Of a stretch of 64,000 nucleotides of DNA, positions 23,686-36,292 are shown in pieces. Below the pieces are notes generated by a model. That model was given only the letters and a program-made list of their open reading frames with translations. It ran no database searches and was not told the DNA's origin. The position numbers and the translations under genes were made by a program. The stretch covers positions 9,858,001 to 9,922,000 of the forward strand of contig CM102287.1 in NCBI GenBank assembly GCA_046563655.1. The letters run 5' to 3'. The number at the start of each line of letters is the position of its first letter. The stretch's first letter is position 1. This DNA is from Yuukianura sp. NJ FZ-2021 (lineage: Eukaryota).

Positions 23686-26600
23686 TTTTATGCAGAAATT
23701 TTGTCTTTGTTTCCGTTTTAATTTCAAATGCTGATTCTTTTCCGTTTTTAGAACTATTTGAACAGTGGGTTGTTGAGTTTGATTTAGATGGAAAAGAGAA
23801 GTTGGATGGGAATGAATGGACAAAGTTGTAGGCTGTCACTGTAATTAATTAATCCTGGTCTAAGCTCAGTGGTGAGAGGGAAAAGCTTTCATTAAGTTCA
23901 CAAACACAAAGTTACGCACAAACTTTGGTTTCAAGTGAACGCTAACTGGAGTGCCGACGTCTGGCTAAAGAGGACGTTAGGCCATTACAGTCTAATTACA
24001 TCCAATCCAATCACTCTCGCATCAGTCGTCGGCACAATCACTTTAAAAAAAAACAGTTCAAAATGAAAAGTGGCATCACTTTTATCATAATTCTAAACTA
24101 AAATTACTAAAAATAACTTTCAAAATCAGTTTTCTCTCAATCTTTCACTTTTCTTTCAAACTTTTTCAAAACTGTCACCATTCGCACCTGTGCAGCCCAA
24201 AACAGCAAACACTTATGAAATTCCTGAAAAATGAAAAAATCAAGTTTTTGAACACTTTTCAAAAAAGTTGGCGCTCTAATGCTCTGAATAGCTTGAATTT
24301 AATTATTAGCATTACAATGAACTTTCAAACTTTCTCTTTCCATTGTTTCCGGATTTGGAAGTTTCTTTTGGCGTTTTGAACCAAACGGCTTCTTTTTCTA
24401 ACCGACTGGAGATGGAGCAAAAACTTAAAAAAATGAGGGAAATTCAAAAAAAGTCGTTTTTAAGCGTCTTACTTTTTTCACTGCTGGATTTTGGAACAAG
24501 AATGAAAATGAAGTTCGTGCTTTGATTGTGTAATGCTAATGCACTTTCTTCTTTCTTTTTTCCATAATTACATTGTGTCTCCTTCCGCATAGCCTAACTT
24601 CAAGTTATAACTTTAGCCTAACCATAAGAAAAAGTTGAAAGATAAAAATTGATTTATTCTGACGCACGCATCTTTTCAGCTTCTCAGCAGAGATTGACTT
24701 GAGCCTTTAAGTTTTTTGAGTTTACTTTGTCAATTGTTTTTACAAAAACTTGACACCTTATCCATCATAAATCCCATCACAAAAAAAATTGCACCAAAAA
24801 ACAACGCAACTTTCTCTTTCAGAAAAAGTTTTTTAAAAAAGTTAAATTAAAAAACAACTTTGGTTTTTATCCCCGAGTTCGATTTTTTAAATTGTTTTCC
24901 AGAAAAATGCAATTTCGACTCGATTTTTGTATAGGAACGGAATAGTTTTTTTTTCAAATATAGGCAGAAAAAATTGAAATTTCTTTTTTTGAAACCATTT
25001 TGAATTCCCAAGTGCCTTGTTCTAAAAATCCTTCTTTTTTTGAAATTTTGAAATTCTGTAGAAAATGGGGACTGATTGCCGCTTTTTTCCGTTTGAGTGC
25101 GAGTGGGAACACTTTATGGTTTTGGATTTAGGTTTTTCTGGGAGTGATTACATTGCAGCACGTTCTTTCTTTTTTAAGAATTCAAAAACTCCCGCCACTT
25201 TCTTCTCTCTTGGTTTCGTTTTTCATTGTAACTGTATGTGTGCTGGTCCAAGTGAGTGAAAGTGGACGTGGGAAAACTCAAAAGCAGCACAGCATTCCCA
25301 TTTAGGCAATGAAACTTCTACAAAAAGAAAAAAATTCTCCTTTTTTCAAATTTTTCTGCTTTTTTTGAAAATGTAGCAACCACCAGCGTCAACGTGTGTT
25401 TACATCTCCAATTCGGGTGACACTTGCTCAAAATGCATGGAAAATAAAAAACAGGCAAAATTCAAAAACTTTTAAAAATTCAAGGAGAAATTTCAAAAAA
25501 AGAAAACTGATCACAGAAACCCCTCCGGTCACACTTCATCTACTTTACATGGATTTTCACTCTCAAAAGATCTAAAAAAAAAGTCTTTTTCTTGGCGCGT
25601 TTTTCAAAATTGTGAAAGTAGCTAGAGAAAGCAGAGGCGAGAAAACTACTTTCACCAACGGCCACCGCCGATGCTATCCCAATGCTAATAACACCCTTAG
25701 GATATTCACACTTTCCACCACAAAAACCTGCACTCAAAGGACATCTTCTTGCATATAATAACCTTTGACCTTTTCCAAAAATTCAAAAAACTGAAATTTT
25801 TAACAAATTTTGAAACATTTTCTAATAACAAACTTAACAAATTAAGCCAAATCCATCGCAAATAACAAATTTTCTCCAATTTTAGTTTTTCTACTTTCAC
25901 CGTTTCTTACTTTTTTCTTGTTTCAAAAGTGGTGTAAGTCTCAAGCTCAAAATTTTGAAATGGTTTAAATAGTTTGAAAAGCTGTATTTTTGGAAAGTGC
26001 TTGTTTTTGAAAAAAAAGTTGGAAATCATTTTTCATTGCTTATCCAAATAGGAAGTGAGTTGAGGGATGGACTTGGTGACATTTTGTGGAGAAAGGATGT
26101 TCAGATTTCATTGATTTTCTGCCTCTTTTTCCACTCTTTTGCTTCTCCGCACTTCCTGCTTCGTTCTTCTTCTTCAACTTAAGAATTTTGAGGGAAAATT
26201 CAAAGTTGGAGAAAGCTAATGCTCCATTTTAAAACTTTGTGGATTGAAGAAGAGCGGGAAGAGAAGCGACTTTCTCTACATTTCATTTCTTCTGCCCAAG
26301 AAAGAGACTCTTCCGACTGGAAGATGAAGAAAAGACTGTGGGAATTGAACGCACACTTTTCATTTCCGTTCCTCTATCGAAGGAATCTCCAAATTGATTT
26401 CTCCTCCACTTTCTCCTGCCCCACCACTTTGCTCCACCAGACTCTGCCCCACCATTTGCTCCATCAAACTCTGCCCCACCACTTTCCAATCACCCACTGG
26501 ATGGAATTGAGTCAGAGGCACAACACTCAAATTAAATGGCAACAATTCAAAAAGTAAACGTGAGTTTTTAAACAAAAGAAGTAAGGTTTAATCTCATTCC

Positions 26601-28720
26601 TACCTGTTTGTTTTCTAAATTAGCAATTTTTGTAAAACGTTTTTAATTTTTAGTGGAACTTTGGATGTTGTAGGACCCTGTACTTCATTTTTTGAAAAGT
26701 TATTAAAAAGTTTGGAATCCATTTAAAGCCGAGAGAAAGCTCATTTCCCTAAAAACTTGTAATTTTCTTAATGCAGAAGCCCAGGACGCACGGCAGCTGC
26801 TCAAAATTGGTTTAGCAAACGAAAGCGCTCTTCAGCTTTTCCCTTGTTTTACAAAACAGAAACTCATGTCTAGAATTTTCAAAAAATTAAACAGAATTTT
26901 AAAAACGAAGAACCCAAAAAATTCCTGACAGAAGCAAAGATTTGAACTCGTTTGCGTTCACTTCAAATCCAAGAAAAAGAAAAAGTTGTGCAACACGAAA
27001 GTTATTGTTGCAAATTTTTTGAGTTCTTTAAAAATTCCGTGAATTTTGAATGGTGAAGAGAGAAAACGCTTTTGAGTTTTTACTTTTTAGTGTCAGAGAA
27101 AGTTGAAACCGAACGAATTTGTGACATTTGTGATTCGACTAAAGTTGTTAATTGAAAGCGGCAGACTAACATTTGTGCTTGCCTAACAAACGTTCCTGTT
27201 TAGCTATTCAGAGCAAGTCTGCACTCGCTTCTGTGTTGTCCATTGTGTCATTCTCCGTCCTTTAATTTCCTGTGACTAATGGAAAATAATAAGAACAGGC
27301 ACAAACCATTTCCATAATGGAATATTGTTTCGCTTTCTCTTAACCTAAACAACCTAACATTAACCTAACCATTCCTATTCACAACAGTCCCTCACCTAAT
27401 AGGAATTAAGCTCCGACTTTCAAAGGCTCTTACGAGGTAGGAGGTCACACAAGTTGTGAACATTGAGAAAGTTACACTTCGGAAAACCCGCGTCCAAAGT
27501 GAAAGTCGTAAGGAAGTAAATGAGTGCCCAGCTTCTCTCGAAAGTAAATCTGAAGAAAGTGTCGTTGGATTAAGACTGGCCTAACTTAATGTAAAGTGTA
27601 GAACTTTAGCCTAACTTTAGCCTAACGGAGACTGCTGGCTTCTGATAGGCCATTGTGCACTGAAGGAGAAAGTGCAGAAAGCAGGCGTCTTTTCTCATTT
27701 ATTATTACCCAAAATCTCCTTTACAGCATCTCTATTCAAGCTTAGTTTCCGAATTAACCTAATCTTAGCCTAACTTATGCCACTCAGCCTAACATAACTC
27801 ATTTTCTTTTCAAAATTAAAAACCTAATGTAACATTAGCCTAACTTTCTACAAAAGTAGACTATTGATTTGCCCAAACTAAAATATTTTGGGTTTTTAGT
27901 GTTTTTTTTTTTGAAACTGGAGTGGTTTAAGTGTTTATTTTTTTGAAATAGTGCTGTTTTCTGTCCTTTTTTTTGTAATGTTAAAAGAGAAAGTTGATTT
28001 TGAGTAAGGCCGAAATGAAATGAGTGGAAGAATTAAATGGGTGCGCCTTTCGTCTGCAACCACGACTTCCACGGTGTTTCACCGTGGCGCCAAGCAGTCT
28101 GCTGGAATCCAATTGAACCCCCCGCTTCCCCGCCCCCGTTTCTGCTTTCCTGGAGCATCTGGAGAAGATCATTTGAGATTCCAGTGAGCTCCAGCAGCCT
28201 CCCTTCGGTCGATGAGGCTGCCACGCAGGCACACCACTTTCCCTTCCAGCAACTTTCCACGGAAAGCAGAATTTAGCCAGGGTTCAGCATTTCCTTTTGA
28301 GGATTTCCTCAAATTCAAATCAAAACTAATTCTCAAAAAATAAAAATAATTTTTTTTTTGAAATTTTAGTCCAAAACAATCATCCTTATCTTAAAATCTT
28401 CTGCAGAGTAAATTAGTCTTGGTATTCAAAACAGGAAAAAGTTTTTGGCTTTCACGTTGGACGCTTGAATATGCAATTCTAGGTAACTTTAACTTTCCAT
28501 GTTAGGTTAAAGAAAGTTAGATTACCTTAATCTAGTCAAAGATTTTAGTACAAAGTGAGGACTGTCATTTTGAGGACTTCTCACTTACATAAAGTGACTA
28601 TTATTTTGAGGACTTCCTCATTTACACTTAGTTTGGTGTCTCATCTCTGTTCTGAGTCTGGAGCGAGAGTGCGAGTGTCGGAAAGAGCCGAAGGGAGAAA
28701 GTGGACCAAAAAGGAGGCTA

Positions 28721-28800
28721 AAAATAGAACGCTGGCAGGATTCGAACCCACAGCCCACACGCTACAGCATATACAGACGCTTTGATCTCGAGGCAGGACG
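28721..28800 (-). mobile_element. Degraded tRNA-derived (SINE-head-like) fragment
   Basis: Minus strand has a B box, GTGGGTTCGAATCCTGCCAGC, followed by CTATTTTT. No intact cloverleaf. A related fragment is at 5811-5846. Confidence 0.4.
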
Positions 28801-29154
28801 GTATGATGGAAAAGGAACAAGACACAGAGAATGACAATAAAAAGCAACCTCATACTGTGTCCAGGAATTCATCATCATCATGCATCCACAGGACACTGCA
28901 CTTCATAAAAAATCAACATTCAAAAAAGATTAGTCCCGTTATTTTCAAAATAAGGTTTCCTAAAATTTCTGAAATTTTACAGGGTTCAGTTCACAAAAGA
29001 AAATTTCATTTTGAAAAGCTTTTAAAACTTGCCGCTTTCTCTGATCATTTTCCCGCCTTTCCTTTCCTTAGCAACTAAAAACATCCAGCCCCTGGCACTT
29101 TCTCTCTTCCTTTGACTTTCTCCAAATTAATCTCCGTCTGCTAAATTACCTGTA

Positions 29155-29840
29155 CGCCAACCAATCAAATCATTTCTAACAAAAACGCCAAAAGCATGGA
29201 CCAATCAGATACTTTCAGCATTGCGCCTCCAAGTAACGTTCAAAATGTCCAACTCAGCGATCAAGTTCAAAATCTTGAGCTCAGTGTCCAATCATATAAC
29301 TTCAAAAGTCTTTAGCGAGTTACCAATCAAATCACTTCAAATTTTTTTGCCGATGACCAATCAAAAGCTGCTTCAAAATTTCCAGCCAGCAACCAATCAG
29401 AAGCTTTAAAATTTCCAGCCTAGTGACCAAGCTAGTTGCTTCCAGCATTACGCCTCAAGCGTTTTTCAACTTTTAGCAACCAATCAAATCCCTTCAATTG
29501 TTCAGCCTTGCAGCCAATCAAATTTTTCTAACAAAAAGTCTAGCCAATCGACCAATCAAACAGTTCCGACTAATCAATGGCATTTGTACCACAATTTTCA
29601 ACCAATCAAAATCTTCGTTTTCCAACTTTTAGCAACCAATCAGCGAATCACACACCATTGTACGTTCAAAATGTCTAGCATTACAGCCAATCAAATTTCT
29701 TCTAACAAAATGTCTAGCCAATGGACCAATCAAAAAGGTTCCGTGTGCCCCCCGTATGCATTTGTACCATAATTTCAACCAATCAATTTGTCTCTAGCGT
29801 TGTGCCTGAGGCTATTTCCAACGCAGCGCCCAATCAAGTA
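29155..29840. repeat. Degenerate repeat block rich in CCAATCA boxes
   Basis: About 16 co-oriented CCAATC motifs counted by eye, plus an internal duplication (29526-29610 versus 29700-29786). Confidence 0.75.
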
Positions 29841-30924
29841 GCTTGAAGCGACTGCAAGGGAAAAGCGACAGGCGAAATCCTAGGTTTACGTTGTCATTCC
29901 TCCAGCCTGCTCTTTTTCTCTGTTTCTGTTTGTGAGTAGAATTATGGGCTTAAGGATCTACTTTCTCCCCGGCTGGATCTCCCCCGAAAAGTGGATCTTT
30001 TTTTCTCTTTTTGGAATCCAGGATATTTTTCTCCTGTTTTACTCCGAGTTCCGTCTGAAGTAGAGTTGCGGAATAATGCATTAGTGGAGACGCATAAATA
30101 CACACGGAGGGGAGAGATGCAGAGAAAGGTGAGTGTCAGGGGAAAGGGATTCATTTGAGTCCACTTGTCAGAAGGCAGCTTCTGCAGCCAAACCATCTCC
30201 ATCTATTTTTCATATGCGTTGAAGGTGAGTTTTTGGTGGAGCTGCAACTTGAAAAGTGGGGCCGGTGGAGCTGGAAATGCTGGAAGTGGACCTGGAGATG
30301 CTGGCAATGCTGGAAATGCTGGAGGTAGAATGCGATTAAAGTAGAAGTTAGGTTTAGGAGGAAGGTGGTCCGTGTTAAAATCAATAGTAATCTACCTAAG
30401 AGCACTTTCTATCCTCATTCCGAGTCCACCAGAATTCCTACGCTTTTGCTCTAACCTAAGTTAACGTAGGCTATTCAGAATTCAACTGAGGAAACTACTC
30501 ACACACGCCCACTCCACAATATTCCACTTTCCAAAGGAAGATGAGGTTCCTCTGGCTGAGGATATTAAGTTCTACCGGCCCACAAGTTCACTTTCTCTCT
30601 CTCATGCTCCAGCTACTGTCCAAATCAAATGAAATTGAACACTTCCACTGTCTAGTACAAACAACCGACACACTAAATTGAACCACCAACAAAAATTACT
30701 TTCAGCCCAAACACACTTTCACCTGAACCACACTCACAAATCAACCAAAAAGTTACAGTCTTCACAAAGTTACAAAGAATCTAACATTAACTTTTACTTA
30801 AGAGTAGTCTGCAGAATTACTTTTCCGGCGAAAAGGCTCCCGCTTTTTGAGGAACGTTTTGATTTTCTTCAAAAACCTTTCTACTTTCTTTAGAAACGTT
30901 TCTACTTTGCTCAAAAACGTTTCT

Positions 30925-31304
30925 ATTTGGAATTATGTTATTTAAAAAGAGTGATTTTCCTACTAAATTTTTAACTTTTTGGAATTTGGAATTATGTTAT
31001 TTAAAAAGAGTGATTTTCCTACTAAATTTTTAACTTTTTGGAATTTGGAATTATGTTATTTAAAAAGAGTGATTTTCCTACTAAATTTTTAACGTTTTGG
31101 AATTTGGAATTATGTTATTTAAAAAGAGTGATTTTCCTACTAAATTTTAAACTTTTTAGAATTTGGAATTATGTTATTTAAAAAGAGTGATTTTCCTACT
31201 AAATTTTTAACTTTTTGGAATTTGGAATTATGTTATTTAAAAAGAGTGATTTTCCTACTAAATTTTTAACTTTTTGGAATTTGGAATTATGTTAAAAAGA
31301 GTGA
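30925..31304. repeat. 59-bp tandem repeat, six full copies plus a partial seventh
   Basis: Unit ATTTGGAATTATGTTATTTAAAAAGAGTGATTTTCCTACTAAATTTTTAACTTTTTGGA starts at 30925, 30984, 31043, 31102, 31161, 31220 and 31279, with near-identical copies. Confidence 0.97.
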
Positions 31305-34300
31305 CAACATAAACTAGCCTAAATGGGTTAAGCAAGCGTTTTCAGCCTTTTACAAAACGTTTTCACTCTTTTGCAATACGCTTTTACTCTTTTGCAGCAG
31401 CGTTTTCATTCTTTCGGAGAAAGTTTTCTACTTCAGCAGGAAGTCGTATTACGTTTTGAACATGTTTTACTTTTTTCTACTATTTTTTTTGAAAATTAGT
31501 TTTGTGTGTAAGTTGCATGGAGTGAAAGTGAAGTACGGTGGGTTTAGATCGAAACGAATTGGATTTGAATTGAAGTTAGTAAGTGGCTGCTTCGCTTTTT
31601 TTGGATTAGGTTTTACGTTGTGTTGGGTTAAGATTGAAGAGCCTACAGTTGTAATTAGGTTCTCCATTTAGGAAATCCATTATTTCTCGCCCTGTGCACA
31701 CCAGTCCAATTTGAACTTATGGAGGGAAGTAGGAGAGGAAGGACGGAAGTTCCTTAAGGTTTTTAGCAGAACAACGTCAAGCGGAAGAGAAAATCTGCTT
31801 GCGACGTTTCTCCCCTCACTTTATGTCAATCAAAATTAAAATGAAACACTCAAATACTAACTACTTTTTCACAAAAATTAACATTTTTACAAAAACTTTC
31901 TCTTTTTCCAGTTCAAAATTCACGTTTGTCCAAGAATAAAAAAATAATTAAAACTTCCAACTCATCATACACAAAATTTTAAGTTTTCAGAATCCACAAC
32001 TTTCCCCCGAATAAAGTAAAAATAAGAAAATCTTCCCAAATCCTAAAATATCAGAAATCATAAAAGTGCAGGATTCTTGGTGTCATGAAATTCCAAAATT
32101 TTCAATTTCTGAAAAATCTCTAAAAACTTCTGAATTGTCCAACAATAAGAACACAATGCACAACCTGATAAACTTAAAATGAAAAAATGAAGCAGAACTG
32201 GTTGTAAAGAGACGTTGTTACTTTGGTAGTGAAAGTTGTCGTGAACATGTACTTTGGTAGTGAACGTGTAGTTGCGTTGTGAAAGTTGTGAACGTGGAAC
32301 TGAAGGAAATAAAGGCTGAGAAAATGATTTGGAGGAAGAAAAGAAAGCAAGTTCAGCGGAGCTTGTACAATTTGGACCGCTCTGCTCTCGACAACGTTTC
32401 ATTCTGGAATTGACGGTTACTGAGGACCTGGAAATGAATTAAAAGCCACCCGACTCTGCTCAACCAGTCACAAATATTATGAAACTCAACTAAAATTTAA
32501 TAGAAACTATCAACCTAACTCACAACCTAATGTAATACAACCTAACATTACAAAATAACTTTATGCAATGTACAAAACTGATATTCCCAACAACAACTTT
32601 CACTCCAAATTGATCAATCTTGGCAAACCTTCAGGTTGGCCGAACTTTTTTTTTGTCTAAATTTCAACACTTTCGTTTTCTTTTAGGTCCGGTCTTGTTC
32701 AACTCGAAAATTTAAGATAGTAGAATACGAAAATTTTGAATTCAAAATTTTTTAAACTTTTTTGAAAAGTGGGTGGAGGAGACAACTGTTGAGGAGTTGT
32801 ATGGCTGTAGAGCTGGATGGGCTGGAGACACAAAGTCTTCCAGATCAAACGAACCCTGTAAAAAACTTTCTGGAGAAAACTGGAGAAAGCTCTTCGCCAC
32901 GCGCCAGAGGCAGCTCCGGCTTCGAAAGCAAACAGCTCAAAATTGCCAACAAAAATCCAACTTTCGTAAAACATAAAAAATGTAAAATTCAAAATTGATA
33001 TTTTGGAAAACCGTAACCTTGAAACAGGTTATTGGAAAAACTAACTTGAAACTATAAGAGAAATGGCAGGAAAGAGGAGAGAGAGTTTGGAGAAAGTGAT
33101 TTAGACGTTTTCCAAAGCCATTTCTCAATTGTTTTTCTCTTGTCTTGACACGGAATGAGTCTCTTGTGGCCTCTTTTCTCTCTGGTGACCTTTCTTATGA
33201 CCCCCCCCCCCTCTACACTAACCCCCCCTATACTTGGAGGGGGGGGGGTGAAAAACGGCATCTGGGGTCATTCTAAACCTCGGATTTCGGATTTGGGATT
33301 CTGGATGTCTCGTTTTTTCCTGAGAAGAGAAAATCTAAGACTCTGTTCAATGGTCAATTCCCGTGGAAAAGTAATGAAGGGCTGCCTAATGGACAGAAAC
33401 ACGGAAAAGGTGAAATGGATTCAGACAGATTGTAAGATCCTGCCATTTACAGTAAGAAAGAAAGCTTTCATGACCTTTGACCTCTACAATTTTATAAAAA
33501 GGTAGAAACAGGAGGGGGGACTTTGACGGGGCGGAGTGGTCCCTTGAGGGTTCCAGTCATCCTCCAAGAGCCCTTCATCCATTATGCACAAGCCAACTAG
33601 ACCATCAACGCCAACTTTTACCCGTCTCGCACGTTTTTACAGACCAATTCTGAAATTGAACTTAAAAAAAGTGTAAAAAAAAACACGGGAAAAGCAGAAG
33701 AAAGTCGGAAATTCAAAAAATTCTAAACACTGACTTTCCTAATCAATTTTAAACTTTAAATTTGTTAAATTAAAATGTTGTCAAATGTTTGATTTTTCAA
33801 CTTGGATCGAACTTTGACTTGGACTTGAATTTTGGTGAATCTTGTGCAGTTTTAAAAAGCTTTTTCAAAAAACTTTTGTTTTTTGAAATTTTGTAACACT
33901 TTGTAACTAAAAACGAGAAAAGTTGGGTTAGACTTGAAGAATTATTGATGAAAGCTAGTCGTGGAGAGCTGAATTGTGTGGTATTGTCCCTGTGCAGAGC
34001 AGAATTACGCCTTTCATTACGTTTTATGAGCTTCGTCTCGGTCTCTCATGCCAAATAAATGACTTGGTGCTTTCACTCACTTTCTCCTGCGGAGGCACGG
34101 AGGAGGAGGAGGAGGAGGGAGGAAGGAGGTTTGACTTTTTGAATTCCCCGGAGGAGTGTGGAGTCTTATGCCTCCCTGGATGGACCCATACCAAACGTCA
34201 TCTTACATCTTCCTTCCTCTGGACGTAAAATGCAAGGTGATTGTCGTCCAATTTCACTTTCACTTCCACTTAAACCCGGAAATGGACCGGGGGAAGAAAA

Positions 34301-34917
34301 AAGCGGGAGAAAAGAGGAATTGGTAATTCAAATAATAATTCCAGTGCTATTAGTGCCAAGGCAGAACACAAAGATTTATGACAATTACATTCGAATAACT
34401 ACAAAAGAATTACGAACTACGAACTACCACGAATTACTTTTCTTCAAACAATCAATTTTCAAAATTAAATTAAAAAGAAAGAATTAAATAAAATAAATAA
34501 AAGAATTAAAAGAATTAAAAAGAAAAAAAAAAAAAAAAAATCAATTTTCCCTCTAAACAAAATTTTCTTCCTCCTCCCAAGCTATTTCCAATTTCTCAAA
34601 TGATCAACTTTTTCAAAATTTTCAATTTTTTAAAATTTTGAACAAATCTCAAAGGTTTTAAAACAGATAACAACGTTTATTCTATAATAAGCTGCCCATG
34701 TATTTCCAAATGTGAAAGGTCAAGTGTCGGAATAGGTAGAAGAGCGGGAGCGGCGGGATTTAAAATTCGTATCGGTTGCCATGACAACCGATACGAAAAG
34801 CCGCTTCCTTATTTGCCTAAATCCGACTTCGTTTTTTAGTTGAAATTGGACCTGACTTTTCCTCGTCTTTTTTTCGTTGGTCATTTTTTCTCTTCCTTTT
34901 TTTTTGAAAAAGTGGAA

Positions 34918-35913
34918 ATGGAAGGTGAAAGCTTGGAAGCGAAGGTGGAAGAAGCTGCTGGGGGCTCAGGAAATGAAAAAGTGAAAGTCAAACACAATAC
35001 TAAAATCCGCTTCTCTTCCTCCTCTCTCCTCCTTAGCATTTATTTCCAATTCCAGCACGGATCCTCACAAGTCCGAATCTCAAAACCCCGAATTCGGAGT
35101 TTTCGGAGTTGTCCAGGGCTGGTTGTGCTGCTTGTGCTAAGTGCCCTGCCTCAATCCGCTTATCTTTACGACAATGGGCTCCAACCTCATCCGCCTCCTT
35201 CTGGAAACATCAGAATCACGGAAACGATTTCAAAAAACGACAATCATCGCAACCAGCCACAACAAGAACAAAAACCACCAAAGTTTACAATCAAAAACGT
35301 TTTTGTGAGACGTCCAGAGGACGCTGGTATACCAAGGTCAGGTGACATCGGCTGGACCAATCAGAGGCGTTCTGAGGCAGAATGGACCAATCAGAGGCGT
35401 TCTGAGGAAAGTCGTGGCTGGACCAATCAGAAACTGTCTGGAGCTGATCGAAAATACAATGACGTTCGAATGCAAAATGAAGTTCAGCGAAAAAACGAAT
35501 TTGAGTTGAAAAATTTAGAATTTCAAAAAGCTGAAAAGCGATTGGCTGAGGCTCAATTCAAGTCAGAAGTTCGGTCAGAAGTGGATTTCGTTGTTGCTGA
35601 AATTCTAAAACGCGCTGATTCGCTGTACTTGGATCTTTCGGGTCAGAAAAATCCGAAGTCTGCCGAATCGTCACCCCCTGTAAAACCGTCTGCTTTGAAG
35701 AGTTATGGCTGGAGTGAAGACAGGAGTGACATCAATTTTCCTGACGCTTCGGATACTGCTGGTGGACGTTTAGGAGACATCAACGAGGCACTTCGCATTT
35801 CAAAAGCCGCACTCGCAAATCTCCAAATCCTGGACACTTCCATTCTTTCCAAGATGAAATCACGCGAGGTCAAAGGTCACGCTGTTGCAAGTGATTGTCA
35901 CTCACAGGACTAA
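34918..35913 (+). CDS. Uncharacterised, probably secreted protein (long open frame; true 5' end uncertain)
   Basis: The ~1 kb open frame is less AT-rich than its flanks. It has a signal-like stretch GLVVLLVLSALPQSAYL, internal WTNQRRSE repeats and several dibasic sites. No known domain recognised. Confidence 0.6.
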   Translation: MEGESLEAKVEEAAGGSGNEKVKVKHNTKIRFSSSSLLLSIYFQFQHGSSQVRISKPRIRSFRSCPGLVVLLVLSALPQSAYLYDNGLQPHPPPSGNIRITETISKNDNHRNQPQQEQKPPKFTIKNVFVRRPEDAGIPRSGDIGWTNQRRSEAEWTNQRRSEESRGWTNQKLSGADRKYNDVRMQNEVQRKNEFELKNLEFQKAEKRLAEAQFKSEVRSEVDFVVAEILKRADSLYLDLSGQKNPKSAESSPPVKPSALKSYGWSEDRSDINFPDASDTAGGRLGDINEALRISKAALANLQILDTSILSKMKSREVKGHAVASDCHSQD

Positions 35914-36229
35914 AGCTAAAGATAACAAAAGATACTTTATAGTTGGGGCAACCAAAATAGACCCAAGTTTTTGTAGAGGATACTCGCACTCACACCTCTG
36001 TAATAAAGCTTGTGGCAGTCTCTTCTTAGATGGGAGGTTCATTTTGGAGTTGAGTGGAGAAGCGGGTGCCAGTTGGAGAAGGTTGAAGTTTTATAGTTGA
36101 CTAATTCTAAGAAAGTGTCTAAAACCGTAAAAATTTAAATAAAAAAATATTCTTATTCTAAACCTGAAGATATTCTTAGCTTCTAAAAATTTTGTGAGCT
36201 AGAAGTGTCAGTGACCTTTCAAATGTCAA

Positions 36230-36292
36230 AGGTCATTGACCTCAGGAATTTTTGAGGTCATTGACCCCAGAAATTTTTGAGGTCAATGACCT
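36230..36292. promoter_or_regulatory. Three tandem IR1 nuclear-receptor (EcR/RXR-type) elements
   Basis: AGGTCAtTGACCT (36230), AGGTCAtTGACCC (36255) and AGGTCAaTGACCT (36280), period 25 bp. Sequence match only; function is not shown. Confidence 0.5.

Noticed and set aside
23312..23839. ORFs with HTVFTL / VKTVCK repeats
   Set aside because: Translation of an 18-bp minisatellite; no splice or start context.
28721..28800. Functional tRNA gene
   Set aside because: Only the T-arm/B box is recognisable; no acceptor stem or A box could be built.
30925..31304. CRISPR-like array
   Set aside because: Head-to-tail identical units without unique spacers, no cas genes, eukaryotic context.
19200..34800. 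Numerous 60-130 aa ORFs in the gene-poor region, including 30151-30405 and 32058-32402
   Set aside because: No recognisable domains or consistent exon chains; some may be non-coding exons of the mir-184 host. No other known miRNA was recognised by eye.
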